Source: Selaginella moellendorffii
Lineage: Eukaryota; Plantae; Lycopodiophyta
Direction of reading: 5' to 3'
Assembly: GCF_000143415.4 (NCBI RefSeq)
Contig: NW_003314304.1
Location: 1,354,841-1,418,840, forward strand
DNA length: 64,000 bases
Positions 45,500-59,431 of the stretch are shown here, one piece after another. A program made the translations under genes and the position numbers. Each line of letters opens with the position of its first letter. Within the stretch, counting starts at the first letter, position 1. Under the pieces are notes generated by a model. It saw only the letters and a program-made list of their open reading frames with translations. It had not been told where the DNA came from and ran no database searches.

Positions 45500-47500
45500 G
45501 AATTAGTAATTATTGTTGTTGTCTGAAACTTTTTTATACTGTTGTTTTTGCAAAGAAAGAGGAAACATTGAGTAAAGAAGGAGTGAGAAGAATAGAAAAA
45601 TAAGGATGGAGGACAAAGAAAAGATATAGTTTTATGTTTATTAAATTACTTATTTTTGGACAAGCTAAAGACTAATTACTATTTGTAGAGAGAGGAGCAA
45701 GAAAATGATGGAATAAAGAAGGATAAAAAAGATGAATAAAACAATGAAAAAAATAAGGACAACAAACGAGATGATGAATTTTTAGAAATCTAGAGCTAAA
45801 ACAAGGTCAATATGTTTTCAATAGATTCTTATATTTGTATTTATGTCAAAGGGTAAGAATTTGAAATTTAAAATTTAAAATTTAATGTATTTTTTCTTTA
45901 TTGGTTAGGAGTATGAAAAAATAAAGAAAAGGAAGAATCAATTGAATATTTTTGAAGAAAAGTGTCTATTATTGCCTATTTTCAAAGCATAAATTTCTTT
46001 TTTTGTTTTCATTCTTTGGTCTTTAAACTTAATATACACTATTTTTGAGATACCATTCGAGTTTGGTTGTCATTTCTATTAGGGCAGACCAAACTTCAAT
46101 TTTTCACCTATATTCTATGCATCACATTAGATATAATAGTAATGAAACCTTCAAGATTTTCACAGAGTATTTGGAGAATTAATGGAGGTATTACAATGGT
46201 AGAAATTCTATGATCAAAGTTAGTATAAAGAAATTAAAAGTATGTTTTATGTTAGTCTTTAGTTTATTAGTTGAATTTGTGCAATTTTCCAAATTTTGCA
46301 GCAGAGCAATGCTATGGATTGTGGAGTCTACATAATGCACTCCATGAAGACATTCATAATAAAATCTCTTGACAATTTTATAATGGAGTTTGTAAAGAAA
46401 ATGGTATGTTGATAATTTTATTTTAGTTTTTGTATTACTCTTTAAATTTGGGTTTTTTGTAGCTTTTCTCTAAGAAAATCATGCTTAGATGCTAAATACA
46501 ATATGAAATTCTAAAAGCCATTACAAGTTCTACCAATAAGCCAAAGAAGGTGATTAAAGTGTATAGTAGGTATTAGCTCTAGTTTTTAATATCTATAATG
46601 TTAACCAAAACTTGGTGTAAAACGGAAAAACTAAGTTGATAAATATATTGTGTAGTATAAACATGAAGAAAAAGAAAAAGAAACTTTGGTGGAGAGAAAA
46701 GACCAAAAACAATAAAAAAGAGCTCATTTGTAGCAGGATGAAAATGTGGAGGACAAATAAAAGGTATAAATTTATATTAAAGTATTTATTTGTCTTCTGA
46801 CAAATTAAAGACTAACCACTATTTGCAAAGAAATGTCCAAAAAGACAATGGAATAAGGAAGGATGAGGAGGAGAAGCAAGACATGATAATTTTATTATTG
46901 TCTAAATTAGTTCTTGTTTTTAGCTTTCTATATTGTGTAACACAGAGTATGAATAAAAAAGAAAGAAAAACTTTGGTAGAGGGAGAAGACCAAGAATAGC
47001 AAGAAAGAACTTGCATGCAATAAAATGAAAATACGAAGGATAAAGAAAATATAGTTTAATATTAAATTAGTTACTCATCTTTGGACAAGCTAAATACTAA
47101 CCATTATTTGCAAAGAGATGTCTAGGAAGATGATGGAATAAAGAATGAAACTTTACTTAAAAAATTCTTCTAAAGGAGTAAAAACAAAATGTCAAGGGGA
47201 ATGATAAGGAGGAGCAAGAAGTTGCTACTGCATGTGAGTAGGAAGAGAAGGATAAAAACATGCATAAACTTGCATATACCCAGACTTTCAAGTTTACAAA
47301 ATTGCCGCATCTTCGTCCAAAGGATGAAAGGCTGGGGGCGGCAAATTGATGTGCGAATATTCTTCAGTGCAGTTAAAAATGGAGGATGAAGATACGGGTG
47401 ACAAAGTGAATGACTAAGTAGTCTTTAAGCTAATGAAAAGCTAAATACTAATTGCTAAATGCAAGAAAACACAGAATGCAAAAGAGCAAATGTAACTCAA
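45500..47500 (+). pseudogene. Decayed Ulp1-like (peptidase C48) gene with repeated acidic exons, probably DNA-transposon borne
   Basis: Exon 46302-46403 encodes QSNAMDCGVYIM (QxNxxDCG). Four related intron-end blocks (ACAAGCTAAAGACTAA...TTTGCA) occur at ~45660, 46800, 47085 and 47435. Confidence 0.55.
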
Positions 47501-48499
47501 ATGAGTCAAGACATTTTGATGTTCTATCCTAACTTGGATTTTTCCACCCACATGAGCATTTTGAGCTATGTTTGAAAAGTAGTTTGTGAGGCTCATTTGT
47601 TATAAAGAGATAACCATTAGGAACTGAGCGCAGACCATAGTTGAGCTCACGAGTTGAGCTCAATTTTCAATTGTAATTATGTACAAATATTATAAACTTT
47701 AAAATTTTAAAGTTATGGTGAACCTAATAATTTCATAACTCTCTATATATTAAATAAATAAAAATGTTCTAAAGGACACCTCTTGTTTTAATAATTTAAA
47801 TATTTACTACATGCAATGATAGGGATGTTTGTTAAAACATAAAATAAAATGTTTGCAAAAAGAGTATTCTTGTGACTTCTTTAAATTTGTACTCTGTGCT
47901 TTCTGGCTAGTAAATGTCAAGTTTGTCAGAATTTTAAAATTATTAAATTGGAATTAAGATTCTACATAAGGACATATAACCATTTGAAAAGAAAAAAAAA
48001 CAACTGTGATGGTCATATGCTCTCACAATACATTATAACATCACACACCGCGAAAGACTACCATGAAATATTTTTTGAGATGGTAAAGATAAAAATAGAG
48101 ACTCATGAATACTATGGGCAGTATTGCAAAAAGAACCCTTGCACGTATATGAAATGAAAAGTGAAATAATAAAATATTTTTATTAATTATATAAGGTATA
48201 ATTAGTTTATATTATTGATAGAGAATAAACATTGATAGTGCTGGAAAATTTAATTAGCTCCAAAAGTTTTCTGCAACTTGGCAATAGTAAAGCTTGCTTG
48301 GTGTATATGAATATCCACTTTAGGATCTTAGTGCAAGATGTTGATGAAGATGTAGTACATATGCTTGCAAGGAGTATATGCCTTCCCATGTTCCTCGCGT
48401 TTCGTAAAGTCTAGACATGTGCAAGAAGGAAAGTCTTGAATGGCAATTGTGTACTCTCCACCTTCTGTTTTGAACTATGTACTCCTTTGCGAACGCAGT

Positions 48500-49375
48500 G
48501 AAGTCCAAGTGCCCAGGCCAGGCCAGGCTAAGGCGATTGGGGGTGGGCTGGTTGCCAGCGAACCGGCCTGCTCCCAATCGCAAAGTCCAAGTGCCTAGGC
48601 CAGGCACTCCACGCGGGCTGGCAAAGGCGTTTGGGGGCGGGCCAGCGCCTGCACCAAGTCCTTGCGCCAAGTGCCCGTGCTGGGCATTTGGCGTGAGCCG
48701 GCCAAGGGGCTTGGGGGCAAGCCAGCGCCCACGCCAAATGCCAAGGCCAAGTGCCTGTGCCGGGTATTTGGCATGAGCTGGCCTTGGCACTTGGTGGCAG
48801 GCCGGTTTGCCGGTTCGCCAGCCCACCCCCAAGCGCCAAGGCCAAGTTCCCGAGCCGGGCACTTGGTGCGTGCCGGCCTTGGTGCTTTAGAGCGAACTAG
48901 TTCACTGGCGAATTGGCCCGCCTCCAAGTGCCAAGGCTGGCTCTGGCCAAATTTGGCACTTGGTGGTGGGCCGGTTTGCCGGTTCGCCAGTCCACCCCCA
49001 AGCGCCAAGGCCAAGTTCCCGGGCCGGGCACTTGGCGCATGCCAGTCTTGGTGCTTTGGGGCAAACCGGTTCGCCGGCAAACTGGCCCGCCTCCAAGTGT
49101 CAAGGCCGGCGTGTGCCAAGTGCCCGGCCCAGGCATTTGGCCCGAGCCAGCCTTGGCGCCAGCTCACCCCCAAGCGCCAAGGCCAAGCGCCCGCGCTGGG
49201 CATTTGGCACGCGCCGGCCTTGGTGCTTGGCGCCAGTGCCAAGTGCCAAGGCCAAGCGCCCGTGCCAAGCATTTGGCGCGAGCCAACCTTGGCACTTGGA
49301 GTGAACCGGCCCGCCCCCAAGTGCCAAGGCCAAGTTCTCGGGCTGGGCACTTGGCGCAAGCAGGCCAACCGGTGT
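48500..49375. repeat. GC-rich array of short motifs (GCCAAG, CCAAGTGCC, GCCAAGGCCAAG) in both orientations
   Basis: Dozens of motif copies with their reverse complements interleaved, in an otherwise AT-rich context. Confidence 0.85.
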
Positions 49376-49450
49376 CTGCACCAAACCCACACCCCAAAGT
49401 CCCTACTTCTTATGCATTTTTAATTTATAATGAGTTTTTTTTATTTTCAG

Positions 49451-52400
49451 AAACAGAAGCAATTACAAAAGGAGAGGGATGTTGGATCAAAGAGAAGACA
49501 TGAGGAAGATGAGATCTAGGATGACAATCAAGTTGACCTTCAGATAGAGATTTCCACAGCAACAACTCTACCATCTTCGCAACCAAATAGCTCGAGTCCA
49601 CATGCACCCCCACCACCACCATCGATGCCACCACCACCATCACCACTGCCACCACCTGCACCACCATTGCCACCTCTACCTTCATCACCACCATTACCAC
49701 CACCGTCATCACCACCATTGCCACCTCTACCTTCATCACCACCATTACCACCACCGTCATCACCACCATTACCACCACCGTCATCACCACCATTGTCATC
49801 ACCACCATTACCACCACTGTCGTCATCACCACCATTACCACCACCGTCATCACCACCATTACCACCATTGCCGCTATCACCACCATTACCACCACCACTG
49901 CCACCATCATCACCACCAACAGTGCAACCATTGTCATCACTACCATTGCTACCACAACCACAAATGCCAGTACTCTTAACATATTCACAAAATATGGCAG
50001 AAACTAACTACATTACAGAGCAGTGCTCAAGTGCGCCTAACAGGGGTGTTGGGCCTGAGCCAGGGGCTAGATCTGATAATGGTGCTACTAGAGGTGTAGT
50101 TGAAGTTGAAAGAGAAGTGGAGCTACCTAAACACATTATCGACAAGCGCTTCCAAGGGACAGTTTTGAGAACTAAAGAGAAGGCTATTCACATGACTCTA
50201 GAGTCTCTCAAGTGGGAAGGCCTGGTAGACATGATCTGAGAAATCCCACTATGTCAATTCACTCAGACAAGCATCGTTTGGTCTACTTCACCGCACTTTG
50301 TCAACATGGATATCTATAATCTGTACAAATAGAATGGCCTTGGGACAAACATAGACATGTTCCTTGTTTCAGTCTTCAAGCAAGGAATGACAAATACCCT
50401 CTTGGTGTCATTGGAAATTGAGAGGGTTTGGGATGATATTTGGAAAATGAAGTCCAGTGAATTTGATAACATGCTTATGAGCCATTTTGAGACTCAACAA
50501 TTTGTGGGGAAAATGTTCTACATTATCGACGAGAATCATCGTTGGTGTGCGTGGGTGAAGTGCATCAATGAATGCTTCCAAGATGATTCTGTCTATCACA
50601 TCAATGTTCCGGTTGGACATGTACACGTGAGAGGATCTCTAGATGTGGCAATGCTTGTGATAGCTTGCCATAAAATTAATGTGTAAGTACCTCTCCCTCT
50701 TCAATCACTTTTAACAATTTGTGTTTTACAGGCTGGGATAGTTTGCAATGCAGAAACAAAGCCTAGTACATGATATCGAGCAAATCCAGTTTCTTGCCAA
50801 TCTTGACAAGGATGCAGTTTGCAGCCACTATAGTGATGATTTAGCATCACTAATTTGGCATCAATGAGGTCGTCAAGATGCCAATAGATGGTACAAGAAT
50901 CCAGTGGCTTTTATGACAACTGTGTGGAGTAAAGTATGTTCTTCCAAGTATACTTCTTATTATAGAATGTTTGTGTTGTCTTCAGCCATCGGTGAAGGTT
51001 AAGCAAGATGCATATGCACAGTCACATCGAGCTGAAAATGATCAAGAACTCTCGGAGCATTTAGCTGCAATTGACAAGAAAATCAACAGCATAAAGAAGA
51101 CAAAGATAAGGAAATTACTTAGTGTGGCTGACCCTCGACACCCAAAGGAGTGGTTTGATATTATAACAGAGATTGCTTGTCATGAAAGTAAGTATTGTTT
51201 GTGTTTACATGAAGGTTACTCACAAAAGTTACTTCTTAGTGGGCAAGACTCCAGATGAGATTATTTACAACATCTCAAAGTCAAAGCTTACATATGAAGA
51301 ATAGATACATGTTCTGAACAACCTCAATAGCAAACTTAGGGAAGGAGAAAAAGGTTTGGATAGTATGATGGAGATTGTGATGAGGAGGACCATCTATATT
51401 TCACAAACTGTATATAAAGGGGAGATGTTTCTAGCGCCTTTCATAGGGGATGATCCTGAGCAACTTCCATTTAAGGACTTCATGACCACTGAGCTTACAA
51501 AACTCGGAGAGGACTGGCTGCCAAAGAAGGCCACAAGCACGACTCCATTTGATAAACAACTTGGCCAACCTTACTTCATGTGTCAAGTGGCTTTCAGGTA
51601 ACATACAATTTCTCAACTATACTCAATTTGTTTATATTCTATCATAGGTATCTCCAATATAGAGGCGTTCCTCTCGAAACACCGGTATGCACACGACTCC
51701 TGAGGCATGGTGTGAGAGATGGAGGCATGTACCCAACAACAATGAAGTTTCCAGCAGCAATAAAACAAGCTTGTCTTTGGGAATTGGAGATGCCAGATTA
51801 TGCACCAACCCACCAAAAGGCTGTAAGAGGCAACAATGAAGACGTGCCAGATGACGAAGATGATGGCCATGAGAATGTCGACACTGTTGGTGCCAATGGC
51901 GAGGAGAGTGAAGATGGCGGTGAGAACAAGATTCCTCGAGACGAAGCCGAGAAAGAGAACTAGAACGTCCAAGAAGTTCTACCTCGACGAAAGCATGCAA
52001 ATCCACATATGGAGGAATTAGTCAATAGTGATGATGATTGTCCAAAACATCCCCATAACTAAGGAACTTCTCAAGGTATATTTCTTTTAATTCTCTAGTT
52101 CCTCAAAATGGTTGTAGCAAAAACTGTCGGGAGTAACTTCATTCCAGCTCATCTTGATGCTTGAGAAGAGGACCTGAAGGAACTTACATCTACCACACGC
52201 CACATGACGGTATGTAAATTTTTCTTAAGTTCACATCTTAGATTTGCCCTATTTCTCTAGTGGCATTCTGTGGTGAATTTGGGATCTTTATTGGCTCCTA
52301 CAGTTCATTGATGGCATCTTTTGAGGAGGATGCTGAGAATATGGCTATCCGGCAAAAGTGGGAGCGCTTTTGTCAGAAGATCCATAGGCGACTTTATCCT

Positions 52401-52487
52401 CATATAGTTGAAGATGGTGCTCATAAATTTGAGACTAAATTTAATGACCGTGAGATGTCAAAGACGGATGAGGATATATGTCTTTAA
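49451..52487 (+). pseudogene. Multi-exon pseudogene: Pro/Ser-rich repeat + ParB/Srx-like motif domain + acidic tail
   Basis: (PPPSSPPL)n at 49610-49960; FYIIDENHRWCAW; GT-AG introns; in-frame stops (e.g. 50237). Confidence 0.55.
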
Positions 52488-53409
52488 ATGGTAGCTGGAG
52501 CTATATTTAATAAAAGTTAAAATAACCTAGGGAATTGCGAGGTGTACTCAAAAGATGAATTGGTGTTCTCATCATATAGAAAAATAGTTTTAATGTGCAA
52601 AAGTATCCGACGTAGAACAAAGGATAATCAAATGTCAGAGTAATACTTACAAAGACGGTTCTTGTGAATAGGATCTGAATACAAAAAGTTGTATTCAAGT
52701 GTGGTGGCACCTCAAAGTAGCCAAAAAATTAGGACCTTACAAGACATCAGATTAACAAAGTTCAAAAATTGAATGATTTAGTAGAGTTAAGTGATGATCC
52801 CTAAAGCTTGGAGAAATTCTATTTAGATGGAAGTGTGTTGTGCCCTTCAAAGGATTAGAAGGATCATAAGATCTAAATATGAGAACAATAGGTATCTCAT
52901 TGATGGCAAAACATGCCATACTAAAATCATGAAAAGATGTTTACAAAAAAAAGAAACTTTATTAAAGAGTTGTGTGTGAACACTATGTTGAAATAATAAT
53001 CGATAGTTGGTATAAGAAACAAGTATGATTATTGTAGTGAGAACTTAGACACAAGTGGAAAGTGTCATAAGGGTAAACTTATAGAGCCAATAGTATAGAG
53101 ACACCAAATGTCCTAGGGTGTTATGCCTTAAAGTCAAGTTGGTTGGTTCATAAAAACCCCTTACCAAAGGAATTCCAATAGAAATAAGATAGATATAGCC
53201 TAAGCACCTTTGGGTGTATGTTGTGGGATTGGACATATGGAGCACTTAGATTAAGTGTAAAGGCTGAGTGGCATAGATGTTATTCATGAGGCTAGCATAT
53301 CCCAAATCTAGAATAAAACTTATAGAGGTTGTGAGCAAAATTCCTCCAAGTGGTTAAAAGTGTGGTTAAGTGGCTAAAATAGAATGGAAAATTTAATCGC
53401 TTACAATAG

Positions 53410-54420
53410 GTACATTCCCCAATGTCCCATAAGGACTAAAACAACATTGAGAGTGCACTCTCAGAGATACTAGCAAAACTACGAGTATGAATATCTTATG
53501 GGCTGTCTGCCTCTTAGATGACTCCACCATGTAACTTGAAGCCATTGCTATGCTCTGTGACATGCAAGACTACCATAAAGTGCTCCACCACCAACAGGCC
53601 TCCAGTGCCAAAATAACATTTGATTGCAATGTGACTCCAACTCGTAGATACAGGCAAGGTGTGAACGTCCTCTAACTTATAGTCAAAACATACTACCCTC
53701 TTTCCCACATGAGACAAGTGCACTAGCCCATCTTCAAAAGAATCTTAGCCCTACTATAAGGACTAGAGAAATGTTATGAACCTCCTCTAGATCTAGCATT
53801 GGAGAGGAAACGTGTGGATCCCCCATGCGTGCAACATTGAATCATCTTCAGCGGCCACTAGCCCTAAATGTGGTAGTAATCCCTACCACTAGATCCAAAA
53901 ATCCTCCCTTGCCGATCATCCTCAAAGTGAGACACTATATATAGTCTTCCAAAGAGAATCTAGAAAGCTGAGAACTTTTCCAAGTCCTAACTACTCCAAG
54001 TCACCCTTAAGGTGACATCCAACTCCACCAATCCTTAACCATTACTATATCCATTGTGTGTCAAGTTTTCTAAGACCATAGTGACCCACCACTACGCCAA
54101 GGAACCCTAGCCCTAGAATAGGGGAACCCTAACCCTAGCTACTATCTAGGAACCCTAACCTTAGCCAGTACCCAAGAACCCTAATTCTAGAGCACAGACT
54201 AAGGTCATCCAAATCTCCCAGATCCTAGATTAGATTAAAGTGCTATTGCTAGAAGTGCGTCTTGCCACTCCTTAGATACCAACCGTGAAGTCAAATCTAG
54301 TAAAAGAGTGAAAACTAAGCCATGGGAGTGAAAAGAGAATGAAACAAGCCTGTTCTTTGCCATAACTGCTCTAGCGAAGCTAGTGGAGGCAAATGCAAAG
54401 CATTTGATCCTACATTGCTT
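53410..54420 (-). mobile_element. ~1-kb internally deleted LINE derivative (second copy 56190-57160)
   Basis: The 3' tail TTAGTCCTTATGGGACATTGGGGAATGTA is shared with the LINE at 61808-61836; degenerate DSMLHAW (zf-RVT-like); TAGGGTT cluster toward the 5' end. Confidence 0.5.
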
Positions 54421-54560
54421 GATGCAACAATCAAAAGATAAAAACAAAAAACTAATGGTTAAGAATATGCCCTAGAAATTGTTGGAATGAATCTAAATGA
54501 TAAGTTAAGCAAGGAACCACTATGTAATGAATGCTAATAGATTGTGGGAAAGAAAATATG

Positions 54561-55015
54561 TGTAAGCTCCTAAATTTAGTCTTCCCAAAAAGTCACCCAA
54601 CCTAATGCTATTCAAATCGAAGGATACTTAACCCTAAGTATCACAAAACCCTAAATCAATTGGAAAAACAAGTGCACACTTATTCATGGGCCCTTTCCCT
54701 TTATATTTAAACCTCTATGAATGTCATTTATGCTTCATTGCAAGTTCATGCCCTCATGAACAAACATTGAAAATTGCAGCTTTCTCGAGAGCCTTACTCT
54801 TGGGACACTCTACCCCTCAGGTTGAGCCCAGCCAAAGTAAATTGGACTTTCTAAATGTTAATTTCAACATTCGGTGTAATTCTTCTCAACAGAGTCAAAC
54901 TTAAGACCTCTCTGATAAACAAACTAAACCTACCAAATGTCAATCTCAATATATAGTGTACTTCCCCTTAACAAAGTTAGACCTAAGACCTTTTTAATGC
55001 TTAACCCTAAGGATC
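54561..55015 (-). mobile_element. Degenerate Cassandra-like TRIM
   Basis: Reverse complement of the LTR and internal region seen at 63132-63755. Confidence 0.65.
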
Positions 55016-58000
55016 CCGAGGGGGTAATAGTGGGTTAGGTATGGCCAACCACCTTGAGGCATAGTCTAGCTCCCACTTGCATGCCTATCTTTATTTTGCG
55101 TCTGGATTAGGTTTAATCTTAAGTTCCATACCATATTAACTGGTGTACCTATATCCTCGCATTATGCTACCGCTATATTGAAATAACACCAAATTCCATC
55201 TGGCTCTATTTTGCGTGTTGGTCCTAGTATTAAGAAGTTAGATACTCTAAAATAGTTCTAAGTCACTTCATACTTCTATCCCTTTATTTAAGGAATCAAT
55301 CCATGCTTTATTTCCTTTACTCCTTACCTAGACTCTAGGATCTAGTTTGGCCAAGAAAGGTTAGTGTGACCCAGGAAGGTTACACCCACATGGTGAGTGA
55401 TGATATAACCACTGAGGATTTTAAGGCTAAAGTGAATATGGACAGATAAATAGGGTAGCTTGGTGAAGTGTTCAAGAGCTAATTTTAATTCCCTCAAAAG
55501 ATTGAATGATCAATGTTCCCAATCCAAATGTGGGTGGCACTACCTACTTGGATATTTGGCATGGCTCAATAGAACTTCGCTCTAGCCACATGGCTAGGGC
55601 ATCTAAGGGCAAAAAGTGGGGGGAGTATCCACAAGGCTCATGTTCTTATGTAGTGACCAAAGATATGGTCATGTGGCAAGGAAGTCTCAAATGTCAATAG
55701 AACTTAGTGTTAAGCCTTTGAGCTTTGACCTAATGGTGGTATTGACAAGTATAGCCGTGGATAGAAAGGGAGTTAGTAGGGATTGTATAAGGGATATTGG
55801 GGAAGGGTGTTCTTCATATCTCTGGACATCCTAAGAATGCTAAAGTGTAGTTTTGGAATGACCACTTATGGATGTATAGCACAGTCTTTAGGAAATAAGA
55901 CTATAGTATGGGTGGTCTTGGACTACCCACAAAGCAAAAGTGAATGGATATGGCCTTAGCATAATGGGTTGATATGTCAGTGGTACCTTTTGGTGTTTAT
56001 CATGGGATTAGACATATAAAGCACTTGGACCAAGTGCAAAAATTGAATGGCATAAATGCTATTTATAGGGCTAACATATCCTAAATCTAGAATAAGACTT
56101 ATAGAGGCTGTGAGCAAAACTCCTCCAAATAGTCAAAGGTGTGGTTAAGTGACTAAAGTAGAATGGAAAATTTAATCACTTACAATAAATACATTCCCCA
56201 ATGTCCCATAAGGACTAAAACAATAGTGAGAGTGCACTCTCAAAGATACTAACAAAACTACGTGTATGAATATCTTGTGCTACCTATGGGCTATATGCCT
56301 CCTAGATGACTCCATCATGTAACTTGAAGCCATTGCTATGCTCTATGATATGCAAGACTGCCACAGAGCGCTCCACCACCAACAGGCCTCCAGTGCCAAA
56401 ACAACATTTGATTGGAATGTGACTCCAACTCGTAGATACAAGCAAGGTGTGAATGTCCTCCAACTTATAATCAAAGCATGCTACCCTCCTTCCCACACGA
56501 GACAAGTGTGCTAGCCCATCTTCAAAAGAGTCTTAGCCCTACTATAAGGACTAGAGAAATGTTATGAACCTCCTCTAGACCTAGCATTGGAGAGGAAACG
56601 TGTGGATCCCCTATGCGTGCAACATTGAATCATCTCCAGCGGCCACTAGCCCTAAATGTGGTAGTAATCCCTACCACTAGATCTAAAAATCCTCCCTTGC
56701 CAATCATCCTCAAAGTGAGACACTATGTATAGTCTTTCAAAGAGAATCTAAAAAGTTGAGAACTTTTCTAAGTCCCAACTACTCCAAGTCACCCTTAAGG
56801 TGACATCCAGCTCCACCAATCCTTAACCATTACCATATCCATTGTGTGTCAAGCCTTGTGAGACCATGCGCCAAGGAACCCTAGCCCTAGAATAGGGGAA
56901 CCCTAACCCTAGTTGCTAGCAACTAGGAACCCTAACCTTAGCCAATACCCAAGAACCCTAATTCCAAAGCTCGATCCCAGATTAGATTAAAGTGTTGCTG
57001 CTAGGAGTGTGTGTTGCCACTCCCTAATACCAACTGTGAAGTCAAATCTAATGAGAGTGAAAACCAAGCCGTGGGAGTAAAAAGAGAACAAAACAAGCCT
57101 ATCCTTTGCCAAAACTGCTAGTGAACGACTAGTGATGTTGGCAACATCCCTCTTCCTTGCCTCAATCACTCCTAAAACTCAATCCCCCCTTAGAACCAAA
57201 AGCCCCAAATTTGCAAAACTTACAAACCCTAGTTATTGTTGCAATTAAAGTGAGTGAGATTTCCAAATATGTGGTAGATCTTGCTATGCCATTGTAGGAG
57301 GATGTGAAGCTCCACTCATGCAAGTCCTCTATCAAAGGAATTAAAGAAACTCCCAGCTGTTTTGGAGAAATTGAAATCCAAATGTATAAATGCTTTTTTC
57401 CAGAGAAGAGAGGAAGACAAGAAAGGAAGAGAGTCGTGTGTGATGTTGCTGTGACATGTGTGTTGCTGCTATTGTCCTCTGCACTCCCTCCCTCACTCCT
57501 CCTCACACTCTTTCTAATGCCTTTTTGCTCACTCTCAAAACTTAAAACTTTTAATCTATCTGTGTTTTAATACTTATATTCGAATCCCAACCTACTAGGG
57601 CATAGTGATGGTTTAGAATATGAAGACAATCATTTTTCGGTGATTATGAACTCTCAATGAGGACACTGACTTAGGCACATTGTTAAGTGGGGGATGCCTT
57701 AGAGTCATCATGCACAGTTGAAGTGTTTAGTGTGAAAACTCAACATATCTAACTAAAATATTTTGGTGCAAATGGCATTGAAAACATGGTGAATGAGATG
57801 AGAGCACCCAATCTCAATTGATATAGACCTTTGGCTGAATGTGGGGGATGCTCTTGGGGTTGTGGTCAACAACTTAAAGGTCTAATAAATTTAGTATATA
57901 TTAGTATACATGTTAATATGTCAACATGAAATCACTAGGTGATCCTATGACTAAATAAGGATAAACTCTTTATTAGGCTAAAGAATAAAGTGTTGATTTG

Positions 58001-58409
58001 AATTGTTGGTAATGGTGTAACTTGGCCAAAATAACTAAATGGGAAAGACAACTAAGTGAAATGAGCTCAAGGGTATTATAAGTCCAAGAAAAATAATCTC
58101 TAAGGACCTAAAGGAGGGTTGTAATATTAGGTCGGGGATAAAGCTCATAATAGAAAATATTAAAGACACTTACTCAGGGTGAACACCCTTTGGATTTGGC
58201 AAAAGCAAAGCATTTATTATAGAACTGAAAGGATACCTTAAAAATGGAGGTAATGATCCTATATTGCTTGGTGTAACAATCAAAGGATAAAATAAAAAAA
58301 CTAATGGTTGAGAATACACCCTAGAAATTGTTAGAATGAATCTAAATGATAAGTTAAGCAAAGAACCACCATGTAATGGATGCTAATAGATTGTGAGAAA
58401 GAAAATATG

Positions 58410-58999
58410 TGTAAGCTCCTAAATTTAATCTTCCCAGAAAGTCATCTAACCCAATATTATTCAAACCTAAGGATGCTTAACCCTAAATATCCCAAAACCC
58501 TAAATCAATTGGAAAAATAGGTGCACACTTATTCATGGTATTTAAACCCCTATAAATGTCATTTCCTTTGGTTACTTACAATCCATTATGTTTCATTGCA
58601 AATTCATGCCCTTACAAGTTTATGCCCTCATGAACAAAGTTAAAAGTTGTAGCTCTCCCGAGAGCCTTGCTCTCGGGACAGCCTATCCCTCAAGTTGAGC
58701 CCACCCAAAGCAAATTGGACTTACCAAATGTCAATCTTAACATGTGGTGTAATTCTTCTCAATAAAGTTGGACCTAAAACTTCTATGATAGGCAAATTAA
58801 ACCTACTAAATGTCAATCTTCACATATAGTGTATCTCCCCTCAGCAGAGTCAGACTTGAGACCTCTTTATTGTTTAACCCCAAGGATCCCAAAACCCTTA
58901 ACCAATTGAAAAAGGTGGTACATTGTTTTCATAGTTTATTTCTTTTTATATTTAAACCCCATAGATCATCTCTTAAGTTGTTCTCTTTGGTTGCTTACA
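58410..58999 (-). mobile_element. Near-complete Cassandra-like TRIM (LTR-internal-partial LTR)
   Basis: Termini TGTAAGC / GCTTACA; flanks ATATG / AAATG (TSD with one mismatch); 5S-like segment at ~58430-58485. Confidence 0.7.
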
Positions 59000-59431
59000 A
59001 AATGCTCCAATTTAGCAAAGTTGAAAACTCCAAAAAATAAAGTGGCAAGATATCTAAATGATAGGGCCATTGACAGCCCTAGCACGAATTAGGGATAAGT
59101 GGAATTTAGTGTCTAGTGTGGCAAAAAATAAAAGAGAGAATGATAATGCCCTCAAGTAAAGAACTTCCTAAAATGAGGAAACACCTAGGAAATTGACTCA
59201 AAAAATCATTATTAAAGTTCCAAAGTATAATAGCTATATTGATAGAGGTTGAAACTCCTCTAGAATGAATAGTAAGATTGAGATAGAAAAGGTGTTTCTA
59301 ATAGGTTTATTAAGAACTAAATGAACAAAGAGAAAAGACCACTATATATGATATAATATGAGACACAAATCCTTAAGCCCCAAAGTGGAGCAAAAAGGGT
59401 GCCATATGCTAGTGGTCGAAACAGAAGTCCA

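Noticed and set aside
48320-49503. Many overlapping 100-265-aa ORFs
   Set aside because: Products of a stop-poor GC-rich repeat; repetitive Ala/Pro/Gly/Trp translations in all frames.
49425-49988. Poly-His and poly-Val/Met ORFs
   Set aside because: Alternative frames of the (CCA)n-rich Pro/Ser tract.
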